A DNA stretch of 64,000 nt from Nemertoderma westbladi. Taxonomy: Eukaryota > Animalia > Xenacoelomorpha. The stretch is taken from contig JAUCBJ010005017.1 of NCBI GenBank assembly GCA_032718475.1, positions 1-64,000 of the forward strand, read 5' to 3'. Position numbers and translations under genes: made by a program. Shown here one piece after another: positions 1-14,028 of this stretch. The notes below the pieces were generated by a model. That model was not told the DNA's origin. It was given only the letters and a program-made list of their open reading frames with translations, and ran no database searches. The number at the start of each line of letters is the position of its first letter. The first letter of the stretch is position 1.

Positions 1-310
1 GTGTCCTTTAAGATGCGTCTCAAGAAAGTCATGGGCTGTCCACCATGCGTATTCACTCCATGAGGCTGCCAAAGTACAAGATTCTGCACTGGCTGGTCCT
101 CACGGCGAAAGCAATGCCCTGCAAAGCGGAGGCGATTTTGTTCTAGTGTCAAGCTTGGGGGAACCAATGAGACACCTCCAATGTTATATAGTGTCTGGTT
201 GGAGATGTGTGCATTGTACTTGACACAATGAACCCGGCGTAGCATTCTTGTGAATGTGCCATCCAGAGATTTGGTGTCCTCAGCAGTTAGAGCCCAGCAT
301 GGACTCCCAT

Positions 311-379
311 GTTTTGTTGACAAGCCGGCACAGCATTCTTAAAAATGCAGCTGCAATGCAGCATGCCGATCCTAGTAGT
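311..379 (+). mobile_element. Short 5'-truncated retroposed insert with a TAG-type tail, inside the LINE
   Basis: Flanked by the 12-bp direct repeat ATGGACTCCCAT (299-310 and 380-391). A related sequence (GACAAGCCGGCAC...GCAGCTACAATGCAGC...TAGTAGT) recurs at ~58800-58885. Confidence 0.6.
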
Positions 380-1449
380 ATGGACTCCCATAGAGGAGTA
401 CTGGAACTACTGCTGCTCTAAATAATCGGACCTTAAGTTTCCGATTAATTCTCGGTGACTTCCAAATCCTGGAAAGCCTATTCAAGGCTGCCCATGCCTT
501 CCCCTTACGTATATTCGAAGGTCCTCACCTGACTTCCGGATCCATGACCCCAGGTAACAGAAGTCGTCCACATGCTCAAGCATGCCACCCTTTGAGCTTA
601 TGCTCATCCGATCAGAGACTTGCTGAGAACTTTCAAAGTTAACTGTCAAAATTTTGGTCTTTCTGGAGTTAATAAAAAGACCAACACTAGAAGCAGCATG
701 TTCTAATGAGCTGAGGAGCCGTTGGGCTCCATCTAGTGATTCTGAGAGTACTCCTAAGTCATCAGACAAAGTCTAGATCAGTTAGGTACTTGGCAGGATT
801 TCCTCGACTTCTGGAGCCAGTAGGTGGAGTTATCATCACCCCATCACCATTATGATGATCTAAGGACATGCGTAGAACATAGTCAACCACAATTATGAAC
901 AAGAATGGTGCAAGTGTGTCTCCCTGGAGGACGCCCCATAACACTTCAAATGGTTCTGTGTCACCGTCAACAGTGGACACAAATGTTCTCGAACCATCGT
1001 ATACTGATCTGATTGCTGCAATAATTTCATCAGGAATCCCATATAATGAAAGTATGCTGTACATACGTGAGCGGGAGACTGAATCAAAGGCCTTGAAGAA
1101 GTCAACAAAGATAACAGCCAGATGCCTGTCTTTCTTTTTGATAACTCTTCAATTATCCTTCTAAGTGCCAAAATGGGCTCCATGGTCCCACGACCTTTAC
1201 GGAACCCATTCTGATTTCCACGGAGTAGTCTCTCAATGGGATCCCTGATGCGATTTAATAGAATTCTATTATATAGCTTTGCAGCAATCGAGATCAATGA
1301 GATTCCCCGAAAAGAACCATAGAGTGTTAGGTTGCCCTTCTTGGGAACTGGCACCAACTTATATGTTTTCATTTCTTGTGGGACTCTTGTTGTACGGTAC
1401 ATGTCTACTATGATGGGATAGATGAGCTTTAAACACTCAAGTATTTTAA

Positions 1450-2519
1450 CACGTTAGCTGCGGATTGAGCACCGGTGCACAATTCGTGTTTTAACTTTAC
1501 TGCGGCAGGTTTTACTCCCTGTCAACTTCTTACTGCGGATTGAGCACCGGTGAACATGACCTGTGCAACCCTGTAGTGCGGAGCTATTTTGGCTTGGTTA
1601 GCCCTTAGTGCGGAGGCTATAAGTTGAGCACCGGTGCTCAAATACATCAGCTGTTGTCATATTCGGTATCTGTGACCTTTGTATGACTCATATATATATT
1701 TTTTTTGGGTTTGTGCACCGGTGCACAATCCGCACTACACAAGTGCCAGTGCGGATTGAGCGCCGGTGCTCAATATTTCCACTTATATAAATATGGCGGG
1801 ATTTTTAAAATGCTCTACTGTAGCATTAGCTATTAGGCCTATTTGATTTAGTTCATTGTTAGTTAAGCAATAACAACTGTTTAACTGTTATACTTTTCAT
1901 GTATTAATTTATATTGCATGAGCAAATGTGCTGTAACAATAACAATGTTATTTTATATTGTTTTACTTTATAAATGTTTTTAAAACCCAAATAATTGATT
2001 GAGGTGGGGGGGGGGGGGGGGGTCGTTAAACTGCAGACATTATCTACTATGGGGTTACCCCCTGAAATTTCGAAAGTGGCCAAAAGTAATTTACTAATGT
2101 GATGGGATAATTATTGGTACAGTTTTGAAAATTGTTAACTCCTGTAAGAGTAAAATCATAAAAAATATATAAAATTTTGATGAAATTCAAACCACTATCT
2201 CTGGACTGGACGGAGCTATTGAGATGCGGTTTTTTCTATGGTGGTTCTCCATTGTTTTATAAATACAATGATAGTGAATTTGAGCACCGGTGCCCAAAGG
2301 CATTCCCACAAAATGTAATTAACAAAAAGTAATTTGTTGAGCACCGGCGCACAATCCGCAGTTGAGGAACTGCACAGGAATGTTCACCGGTGCACAATCC
2401 GCACTAACTAAACGCCAAGCCTCAAATCCTGCCGCAGTCATGGAACAGCACATGGTTGTTCACCGGTGCACAATCCGCAGTAACAAAGAACCAGTGGTTT
2501 CGGAGCTGCAGCTAACGTG
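1450..2519. mobile_element. piggyBac-type MITE inserted in the LINE
   Basis: TTAA on both sides (1446-1449, 2520-2523). TIR CACGTTAGCTGC/GCAGCTAACGTG. Many subterminal TGCGGATTGAGCACCGGTG repeats. Removing it restores the LINE frame (GVPPEVFKILECL), and the copy at ~54290 is uninterrupted. Confidence 0.9.
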
Positions 2520-4829
2520 TTAAAGACCTCAGGGGGAACACCATCTACTCCACTGGCACGATTGGTCTTAATGCTCTTTGCAGCAGCCTACACTTCTGCA
2601 AAGGAGATATCGCCAATGGGAATATCTGGGAGTACAGACTCAGACACTTTTACTTCTATAAAGTTATCAGGCAATACCCTGTCATTATTGAGGAGCTTTT
2701 CAAAGTGGGCCTTCCAACCATTGAGGCGATCGGCTGGTGATTCAGCCTTAACCTTGGTGGTTGGTTGGCTTTTCCGCCCAGTATGCAAGTTGATCGATTT
2801 CCATGCCTGAGATGATTGCCTGCTGTCGTCAGCATCATTGATGGCATCAACCTGTTGATTTATTAGCTCCTGTAGATTAACAGAGTACTGCCTGTTCAGG
2901 GACCTAGATGCAGCCTTAACTGCATTCTTGGCCGCTGTAGTCTGTTTGAGTCGGGACTCTATCTGCGCCTTAGATAGGTCATTTCGGCACTTCTGGATTT
3001 TGTTGTCAGTCCAGGGGGCCCTTTTCCTGTTTCGAGGGTATACAGGATCTGTTTCTGCAGCTGCTAACTTAACTGCTTCTGTGAAGGCAGTATAGCCCTC
3101 ACAGTGATCTGCCGCCTCAGAGGCAAGAACACATACCTGTTGCTCAGCTGTAGTGTGAAACTGGATCTCACACTTGGCTGTTGCAACAGTCATGCCGCGG
3201 CAAGGCAGATTTTGTTGTTCTACTAGCACGCAGACTAAGTCTTACCTTGGCCACAATAAGGCGGTGATCACTGGAGAAGGGTCGAAGTGTAAATGCATTA
3301 CAGTCTTGTATAGAGCTCCTGTACTTCCTACGAAACAGAATATGGTCTATCTGGGACTTGTGACCACTGGGTCCACTATGAGTCCATAGCTTTCCAGTTC
3401 GCTTCTTGAACTGGGTTCCAGCCGAAAACAATCCATTTCCTGAGATAAAATCCTGAAGATGGACGGAATTTCGGTTGACACTATTGCTGTAGACCCAGGG
3501 CGATGTAGGTGATTGATGCAGACTTGCATTAAAGTCTCCCAGGAATGTTAAGAATGCATGCTGATCCACTCCATCAGTAGCTGCTTGTAGATTGTGGTAG
3601 AAATTTTCCACCTCCTCTACAGGGGCAACACTAGTTGGAGAGTAGCACACAATCAGAACCACCTAAGGAAACTTCTTAGCCAGTCTTCCAGAACATGAGA
3701 AGTGGCAACGGATGATGCGGTTAGAGATTTGGTCTATTTTGTCCAATGCTGCATGTGCAGTTGGATTCATCAATAGACCAATACCACCATTGCCACTATC
3801 ATCTACTGACGCGAGGGCGATTCGCCAACCGCCCCCCATGTCCTTAATCAGAACCTCATCAGTCTGTCCAGTCTGCGTTCGGTGCTCTTGAACACCCACT
3901 GCGCTAAGAGAAAGCTTATCTGCCAAGGCAGTCAGCTCACTCCATAGTGGGGGGTTGGGGGGTGATTTTTTGCCGAGTCAGCTCTCGGGGCAAATACCAC
4001 ACCCTGGTTTGCCGTTCCACAGGGTGGGTGTCGCAGTGGAGTCAGATATGAGGCCCATCACCCGTATCTACTCTGGCGCACATGACCCACCATTGGCTGT
4101 GCAGCTCATCTGCTGGGTCATGCCCTGTACCCATGCTGCCAGGTGCAGGTCGCAGTGAAGTGCACTCAGAGTGAACATGAGAACACTCTACTCCTGGCCA
4201 GGCCATATACCCCTGCAGCAAAGTATATGGGTCCTTAATCCAGGACCAACGGCGTCCTTATCCCAGAACGAAGGGGGTCCTAGTTACAAGACCAGATTTG
4301 CCCTAGTAAGAGGGTCTATGCAGCTACAGGTGGCACCTCCTTTATGCTGCATGGAGGTGGCAGGTTTTCTTGATCAATGACCTAGAATACCTGACCTGAC
4401 AAAATTGATGACAGATGACAGATTGATACGCAAAGCCGGGTACACTACATATATACATACAAACAATACACGACACACATACAATGCTCACTTCTAAAAC
4501 GAGCATTGTAGCAAAGTCGGTGCCCAAATTCAGCACCACCCTACAGCCGACAGACCCAACGAATGACACTTGCCAGCCACTACTATCGTAGAACTGACCA
4601 CAACCAACCAGTGATGATCTTATTCAATGGCATCCAGCTGGTGCGAGGAAAGTGTAGATCACCCATTGCATTCCCGAAACGCCAGTTTAAAGACATAGTT
4701 TTGAACATGCAGATTGATTGGTTACATTATAACGAGAGGGTGGGATGGGGTGGGGGTCGGGGTGGGGGGGAGGGGGGGGGGGGGGGGGGTGTGTTGCTTA
4801 TTAAATGACGAATTTTATAATTTCCATTT

Positions 4830-6170
4830 GGAGTGCTCATTTTTATCCAGATGAGGTCATAAATACTCAAGTCAGTGGTAAAAAATTTTCAGTGAAACGT
4901 TGGCATCTAGACTATAGATGTGCCTCAAATCACTTTTATAAAGACCCCCTTACCGCTATTGATCGCGGTGGCTTGCACTTCTTGATGTCGTATTAAATTT
5001 ATTTTGGGTGTTTTGGAATCGCAAGAAGTGATTTGGTGGGTTAGTCACCTTCAAAATGTTTGTAGAGTAATTAATTATCGAGATATTACACAAAAAGGTG
5101 TAGCGCGGCTCAATCCAATGTAGGTGTGAGCGTGCGACTATGTCAGATAGGAATTTCACGTAAAGTAAGACGTCCACTTATCGTATCGAATCAATAATTA
5201 CATTCGAACAGCAATCATCGTTTAGTGGGGGCAAACGCTTTCAAACTGAATGTAGCGTGATTAGTTTTCGATATAAGGGCACCAAATGTATTGGCTGCCA
5301 CAATCAATAGAAGCAGGAATGTTGAATTGAAACGCCTATACATTTTAGGCCTATCTCGATAATCACTCTTCACTGAATTTTGAAGGTGTCCAGTCCACTA
5401 CAACTGTCTACCCCCAATAAACCGATCATTGCGGTTCGAATCAGGGTTTGAAAAAGCAATGTTTTATTTCAAAAACTACAAAACAAAGTGTTTCTTTTTA
5501 ATATATATTATATATGATATATATTTCGTCTTTTATCGTTTTTTTTTTTAATGTATATATATGTATTTAAATATGTTGGTTGACCCATTTTTCAGGAATG
5601 ACTTGTTGTATATGTTATTTGATTTCATACTGCGTCGTCCAATACAATCTAGAAATTGGCCCAACTCAATCAATAACTTCAAACTTAAACACCAAATGTG
5701 AAAATTCAAATCATTATGTACATATTAAATTAAAAAAAATACAAAAATACAAAAAAAGGTTTTATTTAAAAAAAAACTACGAAAAAAAACAAGCAATTGA
5801 AAAAAAAAAACAATTCCAACCCGGTTCGAATGAGACAATTGTTGATTCGATGCGATAGACGTTTTATTTTAGTGAAATTCCTATCAGAGATTGACACAGT
5901 CGCTCCTACATTGGATTGAGCCGCGCTACACCTTTTTGTGTAATATCTCGATAATTAATTACTCTACAAACATTTTGAAGGTGACTAACCCACCAAATCA
6001 CTTCTTGCGATTCCAAAACACCAAAAATAAATTTAATACGACATCAAGAAGTGCAAAATATCGATTTTACCCAACCGCAGCTACCGCGATCAATAGCGGT
6101 TTGGCGCTCATTTACCACTGACTTTTTCCGCACTTGACTTTAACCTCTTCCGGATAAAAATGTCGCCTCC
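4830..6170. mobile_element. Foldback/long-TIR non-autonomous DNA element
   Basis: ~4950-5160 is the near-identical reverse complement of ~5870-6095, which also explains the mirrored ORFs at 4956(-) and 5891(+). Weaker similarity extends outward; the ends are approximate. Confidence 0.7.
5442..5823. mobile_element. hAT-like MITE nested in the foldback element
   Basis: 8-bp TSD GTTCGAAT (5434-5441, 5824-5831); imperfect CAGGGTTTGAA / TTCCAACCCG ends. Confidence 0.65.
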
Positions 6171-6185
6171 ACATTATATTATTAA

Positions 6186-6895
6186 CCCTTAAACTGGTGA
6201 CGATTTTTCTAAAACGCCATCTCCACTTGGTGAAAACTCAAATATAAGTTTTGCGATTGTTAGTTCTACTTGGTGGGAATTATTGATAAAATCTATTCTG
6301 ACTTGGTGTAAACTCATATATGAGTTACAGTAAAACCGGTCTGACTTGGTATCAACTCACATATGAGTTTCGGCTATACTTTTGGTTATCAGCTCCCAGG
6401 AAGGTGGCATTTACTTTTCTGTCAACGTCACCAGGCCCATTGTATTGGGCATGTTGATGAGCTTTGCAACAGTAGTTGAATCGACTCCAGACGAACAGTA
6501 TATGCTAAACAACACGGTAGTAAAGTGTGGGAAAATTGTCTAATTTAATCTAATGGCCGTTTCATTGTTATAAGTCACAGAAACAAACTGTATGCACCAG
6601 GTTGAAGGTCATTTTCTCCTCTTTCAGATGATATATATTATATCTCTCACCAAGGAGGAATAGCAAAAAAAACATAATCTCTAGTCTCTACCAAGTCCAG
6701 TCGATGGCTCATAAACTCATATATGAGTTTTCACCAAGTGAACTAATTCTTCTTAAAAAAGAACCATCAAGAGGGAATAGACTTGAGAGAACTCAAATAT
6801 GAGTTCTCACCAAGTCAGATAATACCATTAGAAAAATTCCCACCAAGTGGAATTGGCCCTCCCAACACTCATATGAGTTTTCACCAGTTTAAGGG
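6186..6895. mobile_element. piggyBac-type MITE
   Basis: TTAA TSD (6182-6185, 6896-6899); TIR CCCTTAAACTGGTGA/TCACCAGTTTAAGGG; internal AACTCATATATGAGTT and CACCAAGT repeats. Confidence 0.9.
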
Positions 6896-7521
6896 TTAAG
6901 AAGCGGTCTAGGATTACACACACGCCCACATTGTGAAATTTAGGGATAGGGAATTGTGGAATAGGGATGTTAATAATTATTATTATTTATAAGGGAAATG
7001 AGCAGGTTATATACAGCGACGTGTTATTATCTAAACAAAGACGAAATAATGAGTGTCAAGTCAATTCATTTAGCACATGCTAATGCTAATGTGCAACTTT
7101 TTGACGGTGAATTTTGATTGCACCTAGAGCCCCCCCCCCCCCCCCCCCCCCATCCCCTCCCCTTACATATTGAAGAGTGACAATAATAAACTTCCTCCAA
7201 CTGTACTCCTATTGCACTGATCGTAAAATAAGCTAATTTAAACAAAGTCTAGGAGATCTCATTATAATCCATTGTGTATCAGATTCACAATATGTATATT
7301 TTTATTAATGTATAATAAAAATGTTGTATAATTGTATAATATTAGTTTCACGTTAAAACTTTGGCAGTGGGATGATATTTTCATGTAATTAAACATAATT
7401 ATCCGTGCGTAAAGAATTAGTAATAGGCTTATATAAAAGGAGAAAGGTGGAGCCAACTGCAGTCGCAGTTAGTAAGTAATATTATTATACATGTAATAAA
7501 TAGGTAGTAAAACAGACCCAC

Positions 7522-7876
7522 CTCAGTAGAGCCGGTAAAGGCGATCTTATTAACGTGCGGGTGGTCCACCAAGGCCCCACCAGCAGTGGGTCCGTAACCC
7601 GGTACAACGTTAACCACGCCGGGAGGGAAACCGGCCTCGCGGGTCAGCTCGGCTATGTGCAACGCCGTTAGGGGCGTCTGCTCCGCGGGTTTCATCACCA
7701 CGGTGGTCCCACAGGCCAGCGCCGGCGCCAGTTTCCATGCCTGCATGAGCGCGGGGAAGTTCCAGGGGATTATCTGACCGACTACGCCGACCGGTTCGTG
7801 GCGGGTGTATACGAAGAAGTTCCCGTCGGTAGGAATAGTCTGGCCGTGGATCTTGTCGGCCCAACCCGCATAGTAT
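7522..7876 (-). CDS. ALDH2: Mitochondrial aldehyde dehydrogenase, coding exon 3
   Basis: Translates as (R)[15 protein letters not shown]...[30 protein letters not shown]...KPAEQTP...FTGSTE. CAG acceptor at 7879-7877, GT donor at 7521-7520; phase matches exon 2. The remaining exons (catalytic Glu/Cys) are not in the window. Confidence 0.92.
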
Positions 7877-7994
7877 CTGGTGATGTAATAATGACGGAGA
7901 GAAAATAAAAGTAGAGAAATAAGTTAAGTGAATAAATATTATAAATAATATAATAAATAATTATGTAACAATGGTGATGGAGCTTTGGTCTGTA

Positions 7995-8244
7995 AGCAAA
8001 GCAAAAGCAAACAGTCGGCCGAAGCCGGAGGCGACCCAAAGGCTCCTCTTTCGATAGCTGCTACCCGAGGGTAGGGTTGGGCGCTACTCCTATCCCAAGA
8101 TTTGCTCCCAGTTATTTAACTGGTACTTAACTGGTATTCATTTTATCGACCCCAGTGGATGAAAGGCTGAGTGGACCCTGTCGGGGGTGAACCTAAAACC
8201 AATAGATTGCAGGCCCGGCGCTCAACCAACTGAACTACCCCGCC
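7995..8244 (-). mobile_element. tRNA-derived SINE in ALDH intron 2
   Basis: Minus strand begins GGCGGGGTAGTTCAGTTGGTTGAGCG (A box) and has a degenerate GGTTCACCCC B box. The central CTCAGCCTTTCATCC..GGGGTCGATAAAATGAATACCAG resembles conserved metazoan SINE core domains. Ends in a (TTTGC)n tail. Confidence 0.75.
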
Positions 8245-8381
8245 TTTCGTTTGGTCTGTAGGTTTAATAAATGGAATGAAAATACCGGTAAACAAAATCA
8301 ATGATCATTATAAAATACGAGATCAAATAAAACTTTACATGTTATTCCAGATTTGATAAAAAAAATGATCATTTAGTGAAA

Positions 8382-11300
8382 TATAGTGCCTGCCTACTAA
8401 CGGATAACCATTCTATATATAGTGCCTAACTACTAACGGATAACCATTCTATAGTGCCTAACTACTAACGGATAACTATTCTATAGTGCCTAACTACTAA
8501 CGGATAACCATTCTATAGTGCCTAACTACTAACGGATAGGCTAACCATTCTATAGTGCCTAACTACTAACGGATAACTATTCTATAGTGCCTAACTACTA
8601 ACGGATAACTAACTATTCTATAGTGCCTAAACATTCTATAGTGCCTAACTACTAACGGATAACCATTCTATAGTGCCTAACTACTAACGGATAACTATTA
8701 TATAGTGCCTAACTACTAACAGATAACTAACTATTATATAGTGCCTAACCATTCTATAGTGCCTAACTACTAACGGATAACTATTCTATAGTGCCTAACT
8801 ACTAACGGATAACTATTCTATAGTGCCTAACTACTAACGGATAACCATTCTATAGTGCCTAACCATTCTATAGTGCCTAACTACTAACGGATAACTATTC
8901 TATAGTGCCTAACTACTAACGGATAACATTTCTATAGTGCCTAACTACTAACGGATAACTATTCTTAGTGCCTAACTACTAACGGATACCATTCTATAGT
9001 GCCTAACCATTCTATAGTGCCTAACTACTAACGGACTCTATAGTGCCTAACTACTAAAGGAGAATCTACTATTCTATAGTGCCTAGCTACTAACGGATAA
9101 CTACTATTCTATAGTGCCTAACTACTAACGGATAACCATTCTATAGTGCCTAACTACTAACGGACTCTATAGTGCCTAACTACTAAAGGAGAATCTACTA
9201 TTCTATAGTGCCTAGCTACTAACGGATAACTACTATTCTATAGTGCCTAACTACTAACGGATAACTATTTTATAGTGCCTAACTACTAACGGATAACTAC
9301 TAATCTATAGTGCCTAACTACTAACGGATAACTATTTTATAGTGCCTAACTACTAACGGATAACTATTCTATAGTGCCTAACTACTAACGGATAACCATC
9401 ATTCTATTGTGCCTAACTACTAACGGATAACTACTATTCTATAGTGCCTAACTACTAACGGATAACTATTCTATAGTGCCTAACTATTAACGGATAACTA
9501 TTCTATAGTGCCTAACTACTAACGGATAACTACTATTCTATAGTCCCTAACTACTAACGGATAACTATTCTTAGTGCCTAACTACTAACGGATACCATTC
9601 TATAGTGCCTAACCATTCTATAGTGCCTAACTACTAACGGACTCTATAGTGCCTAACTACTAAAGGAGAATCTACTATTCTATAGTGCCTAGCTACTAAC
9701 GGATAACTACTATTCTATAGTGCCTAACTACTAACGGATAACTATTCTATAGTGCCTAACTACTAACGGATAACTATTTTATAGTGCCTAACTACTAACG
9801 GATAACTACTATTCTATAGTGCCTAACTACTAACGGATAACTATTTTATAGTGCCTAACTACTAACGGATAACTATTCTATAGTGCCTAACTACTAACGG
9901 ATAACCATCATTCTATTGTGCCTAACTACTAACGGATAACTACTATTCTATAGTGCCTAACTACTAACGGATAACTATTCTATAGTGCCTAACTATTAAC
10001 GGATAACTATTCTATAGTGCCTAACTACTAACGGATAACTACTATTCTATAGTCCCTAACTACTAACGGATAACTAACTATTCTATAGTGCCTAAACATT
10101 CTATAGTGCCTAACTACTAACGGATAACCATTCTATAGTGTCTAACTACTAACGGATAACTATTCTATAGTGCCTAACTACTAACGGATAACCATTCTAT
10201 AGTGCCTAACCATTCTATAGTGCCTAACTACTAACGGATAACCATTCTATAGTGCCTAACTACTAACGGATAAGTTATCCGTTAGTAGTTAGGCGCTATA
10301 GAATAGTAATTCTATAGTGCTAACTACTAACGGATAACTATTCCATGGTGCCTAACTACTAACAGATAACCATTCTATAGTGCCTAACCATTCTATAGTG
10401 CCTAACTACTAACGGATAACCATTCTATAGTGCCTAACTACTAACGGATAAGTTATCCGTTAGTAGTTAGTAGTGCTGCGAACTGAAACTGAAACTGAAC
10501 TGGAACTGAAATCGAACTGAAATTGTTTTGGGCATTTTTTCTGAACTGGAACTGGAACTGAAACTTTAATTTTTTTAAAACTGAAACTGAAACTAGAACT
10601 GAAACGTGATATATTGAAATACTGGAACTGGAACTAGAACTGAATTCCTGAAAATTGAAAACTGGAAGTAATAAATTGAAAATAAATGTAAACATAAATT
10701 ACAATATGCCCCCCCAGGGAATAAAAAAAACAAAACAATACGGTTACGGCATAAGTAAAGGCCTGTTTTCAGCTCCTCCCAGCGGAGTTTGTAATTATTA
10801 ACTTTTGGGAAGGTATTGCAAATGTTAATATTACCTGCACTTCCTTGCGGTGGTTTATATATGTATTATTCCTATATTCTGTCAATCAAATTACAACTAC
10901 TATAATTATTATTCAGTTATTGTAGGATAATAATTAATATTCGTATAATTCTGGAATTCTCAACACTGGCCCATAAATATAAATATATACAGTTAGTACT
11001 GAATATATATACAGTATTGTGGTTGCTATAGGATGACAGCGGTAGGCCTTCTTATTACTTATTATTGTTATGAAACTTGAATTGAAACTGAAACTATTTT
11101 TTTTCCGGAACTGGAACTGGAACTTAAATAAACAGCCTCATTCAAACTGAAACTAGAACTGAAACTGAAACTATTTTTTTTTGGAAACTGTAACTGGAAC
11201 TGGAACTGAAATAAATAGGTTTATTCGAACTGAAACTGGAACTGAAACTGAAACTAGTCAAATATTGATTCAGTTCGCAGCACTAGTAGTTAGGCGCTAT

Positions 11301-12226
11301 AGAATAGTAATTCTATAGTGCTAACTACTAACGGATAACTATTCCATGGTGCCTAACTACTAACAGATAACCATTCTATAGTGCCTAACTACTAACGGAT
11401 AACTATTCTATAGTGCCTAACTACTAACGGATAACTATTCTATAGTGCCTAACTATTAACGGATAACTATTCTATAGTGCCTAACCATTCTATAGTGCCT
11501 AACTACTAACGGATAACCATTATATAGTGCCTAACTACTAACGGATAAGTTATCCGTTAGTAGTTAGGCGCTATAGAATAGTAATTCTATAGTGCTAACT
11601 ACTAACGGATAACTATTCCATGGTGCCTAACTACTAACAGATAACCATTCTATAGTGCTAACTACTAACCGATAACTAACTATTATATAGTGCCTAACTA
11701 CTAACGGATAAGTTATCCGATAGTAGTTAGGCACTATAGAATAGTAATTCTATAGTGCCTAACTACTAACGGATAACTATTCTATGGTGCCTAACTACTA
11801 ACGGATAACCATTCTATAGTGCCTAACTACTAACGGATAACCATTCTATAGTGCCTAACTACTAACGGATAACCCATTCTATAGTGCCTAACTACTAACG
11901 GATAACCATTCTATAGTGCCTAACTACTAACGGATAACTATTCTATAGTGCCTAACTACTAACGGATAACCATTCTATAGTGCCTAACTACTAACGGATA
12001 ACCCATTCTATAGTGCCTAACTACTAACGGATAACCCATTCTATAGTGCCTAACTACTAACGGATAACCATTCTATAGTGCCTAACTACTAACGGATAAC
12101 TATTCTATGGTGCCTAACTACTAACGGATAACCATTCTATGGTGCCTAACTACTAACGGATAACTATTCTATAGTGCCTAACCATTCTATAGTGCCTAAC
12201 TACTAACGGATAACTATTCTATAGTC
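8382..12226. repeat. ~32-bp satellite array (TATAGTGCCTAACTACTAACGGATAACYATTC) with higher-order and inverted units
   Basis: Directly visible tandem repeat. Variant blocks recur at ~600-bp spacing (8960 vs 9567). Single inverted monomers occur at ~10273, 10452, 11549 and 11712. Confidence 0.97.
10471..11285. mobile_element. hAT-like MITE inserted in the satellite
   Basis: TIR TAGTGCTGCGAACTGAA/TTCAGTTCGCAGCACTA; 8-bp TSD GTAGTTAG (10463-10470, 11286-11293); subterminal (GAACTG/AAACTG)n. Confidence 0.9.
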
Positions 12227-14028
12227 TTTTTACGGATAACCCTAGTTGGAACTTGAGCTGATTGTGCCCAGTATAATGTACGGCGCGAATTCTAGATAAC
12301 CCAACTGTGAATATCGCGATTTTTTGAAAACGAAAGCCGGCACGCAGTACCAGCCGATTAGCTAGCCGTTATGGTACGAAGTTTTGAAAACCTGAACATG
12401 GACATAGACACAAAGTGCAAAACGCAATTCAGCTGTGTGTGGCACGTCTGCATCTGATCCAAGTTTTACATTAGTTTAAAAAATTCCACCCAATTCGCTC
12501 GCGTTTTTTTACAATATTATTGAGTTACCTTACTGAATGTCATAACTCTTTGTAGTTGTACTGTTGTCCGTCATCTATTACTGCTACTGCAGCATGAAGT
12601 AAACAAATACTTACTTAGGTTATACTAGCAAACCCGGCCCGCTTCGCGCGCCAGGCTTGCTAGTCTACAGTAGTATCTATTAATTCTGTAGATACTACTG
12701 TAGATGCTCACAAAGTTAGTTTGGATTGTCAAGCTGCAGTTGATGATGATATGTTTCACCAACATTCATTAATTTTAAAATAAATTTATCCTCACTCGCT
12801 TAGTTCCACTGAAGCTTAAGAAGACCTTAGATTTCTTACTGTAAAAGTATTCACTATCTATCTATCTATGTATTATGTATGTATGTATCTATGTATATCC
12901 GGTGAACTCCACCGAAGCTATAGCTTGTCCATCAATGAAAGTCATATCAATCGAAAACAGTGTCTGAACAGCGTCAGAACACAATGAAAGTGTCTTTTTT
13001 ATTTCCAAAAATTAGCCCCAAAACACGAAAATTGCCATCAAATCAACAATAGAAACACCAGCTGCTGGTTCTCAGGAGGACCTAGTAAGCTACTACTATT
13101 TATTGAATGGATAGGCCCAAACTTGAGAAAAGTATATTGCTTGCCAAGTTTATATTATTATATCAATCTATCCCAGACAGTAATCAAACATCAACTGTTA
13201 GTTTATAATGTATTACCACGCCAGCTGCATAGCCCATCCCAGTGAATCCTATGGGAATATCTATAAGGTTACTCACTGCTATGTTGGGTGGGAGGCCAGC
13301 TGATTGAATTCTGATTGAATAATGAATGGGGAGGGACCCAACTACACACGTTTGACTATGGACGGTCTTCTTATAGCAGCTGGCTTTTTATTAACTGTGT
13401 TCGAATCTCAGAAGCTAAGACATTAATCGAATTGCAATAAATACCGAAAAAGTACTAAAAGTACCGAAAATATTCACTGCCTGTCGGTGAAAATTACTTT
13501 ATACAGTGCCCAGGACCACGCTGAATCCAACGGTAATTTCTCCATATCGCGAGAGCCAGTAGTTTAGGAGGAGATAAAGGAACAAAAAAACATATATATA
13601 TACATACAAAATTTGAGCTTTAGATATAGAAAGAATATAGATGCACACAACACCACAAATAACATACAATATTTTATTTATAATATAATTTCTTTGAATG
13701 AAACTTGAATGAAAATTAGGCCTAAAAGCCAATTCTGCCAACTGAAAGGGCTTAATTATTGAAGTTATTATTGTCTCATGCATTTTATCAATATACAGTA
13801 TTTACCATTGATTAAACCAATTGAATTTTATTAAATTCCTTTTTGTGGATGCAGCCGCAGCGGCATATATTTTGATGTGGCTCAGTGCGAATTTTAAGCA
13901 AGTCCGGGCGCGAATTTATGTACCTTGCGCATCCGTTAAGTAGGCCTATTGATCTGTGACAACTAGGCGGATAACAGGATACCGTAACCAACACCTTCCA
14001 TCGAGTCACCTGAATAACGTACACTAAC

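Larger units (their letters stand above)
1..4380 (-). mobile_element. Degenerate RTE-like non-LTR retrotransposon (APE endonuclease + reverse transcriptase), running off the left edge
   Basis: Fragmented ORFs read in order: VGVQEHR (3663-3926); CYSPT, GDFNA, IDHIL, SDH (3168-3662); linker (2588-3229); PVPKKG..FRGISL..QNGFR (893-1402); GVLQGDTLAP..LDFV*DD (482-1064). Several frameshifts and stops. The 5' boundary is approximate. Confidence 0.9.

Noticed and set aside
4000-4385. HDV-like ribozyme at the 5' end of the RTE-like LINE
   Set aside because: Hairpins are present (CACCTCC/GGAGGTG), but I could not build the nested double pseudoknot by eye; a covariance-model search would be needed.
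8170-8244. Functional tRNA gene
   Set aside because: The T arm and acceptor stem are degenerate and the sequence continues into a SINE body.
8382-12226. CRISPR-like appearance of the 32-bp array
   Set aside because: The repeats are contiguous with no unique spacers, there are no cas genes, and the array sits in a eukaryotic intron.
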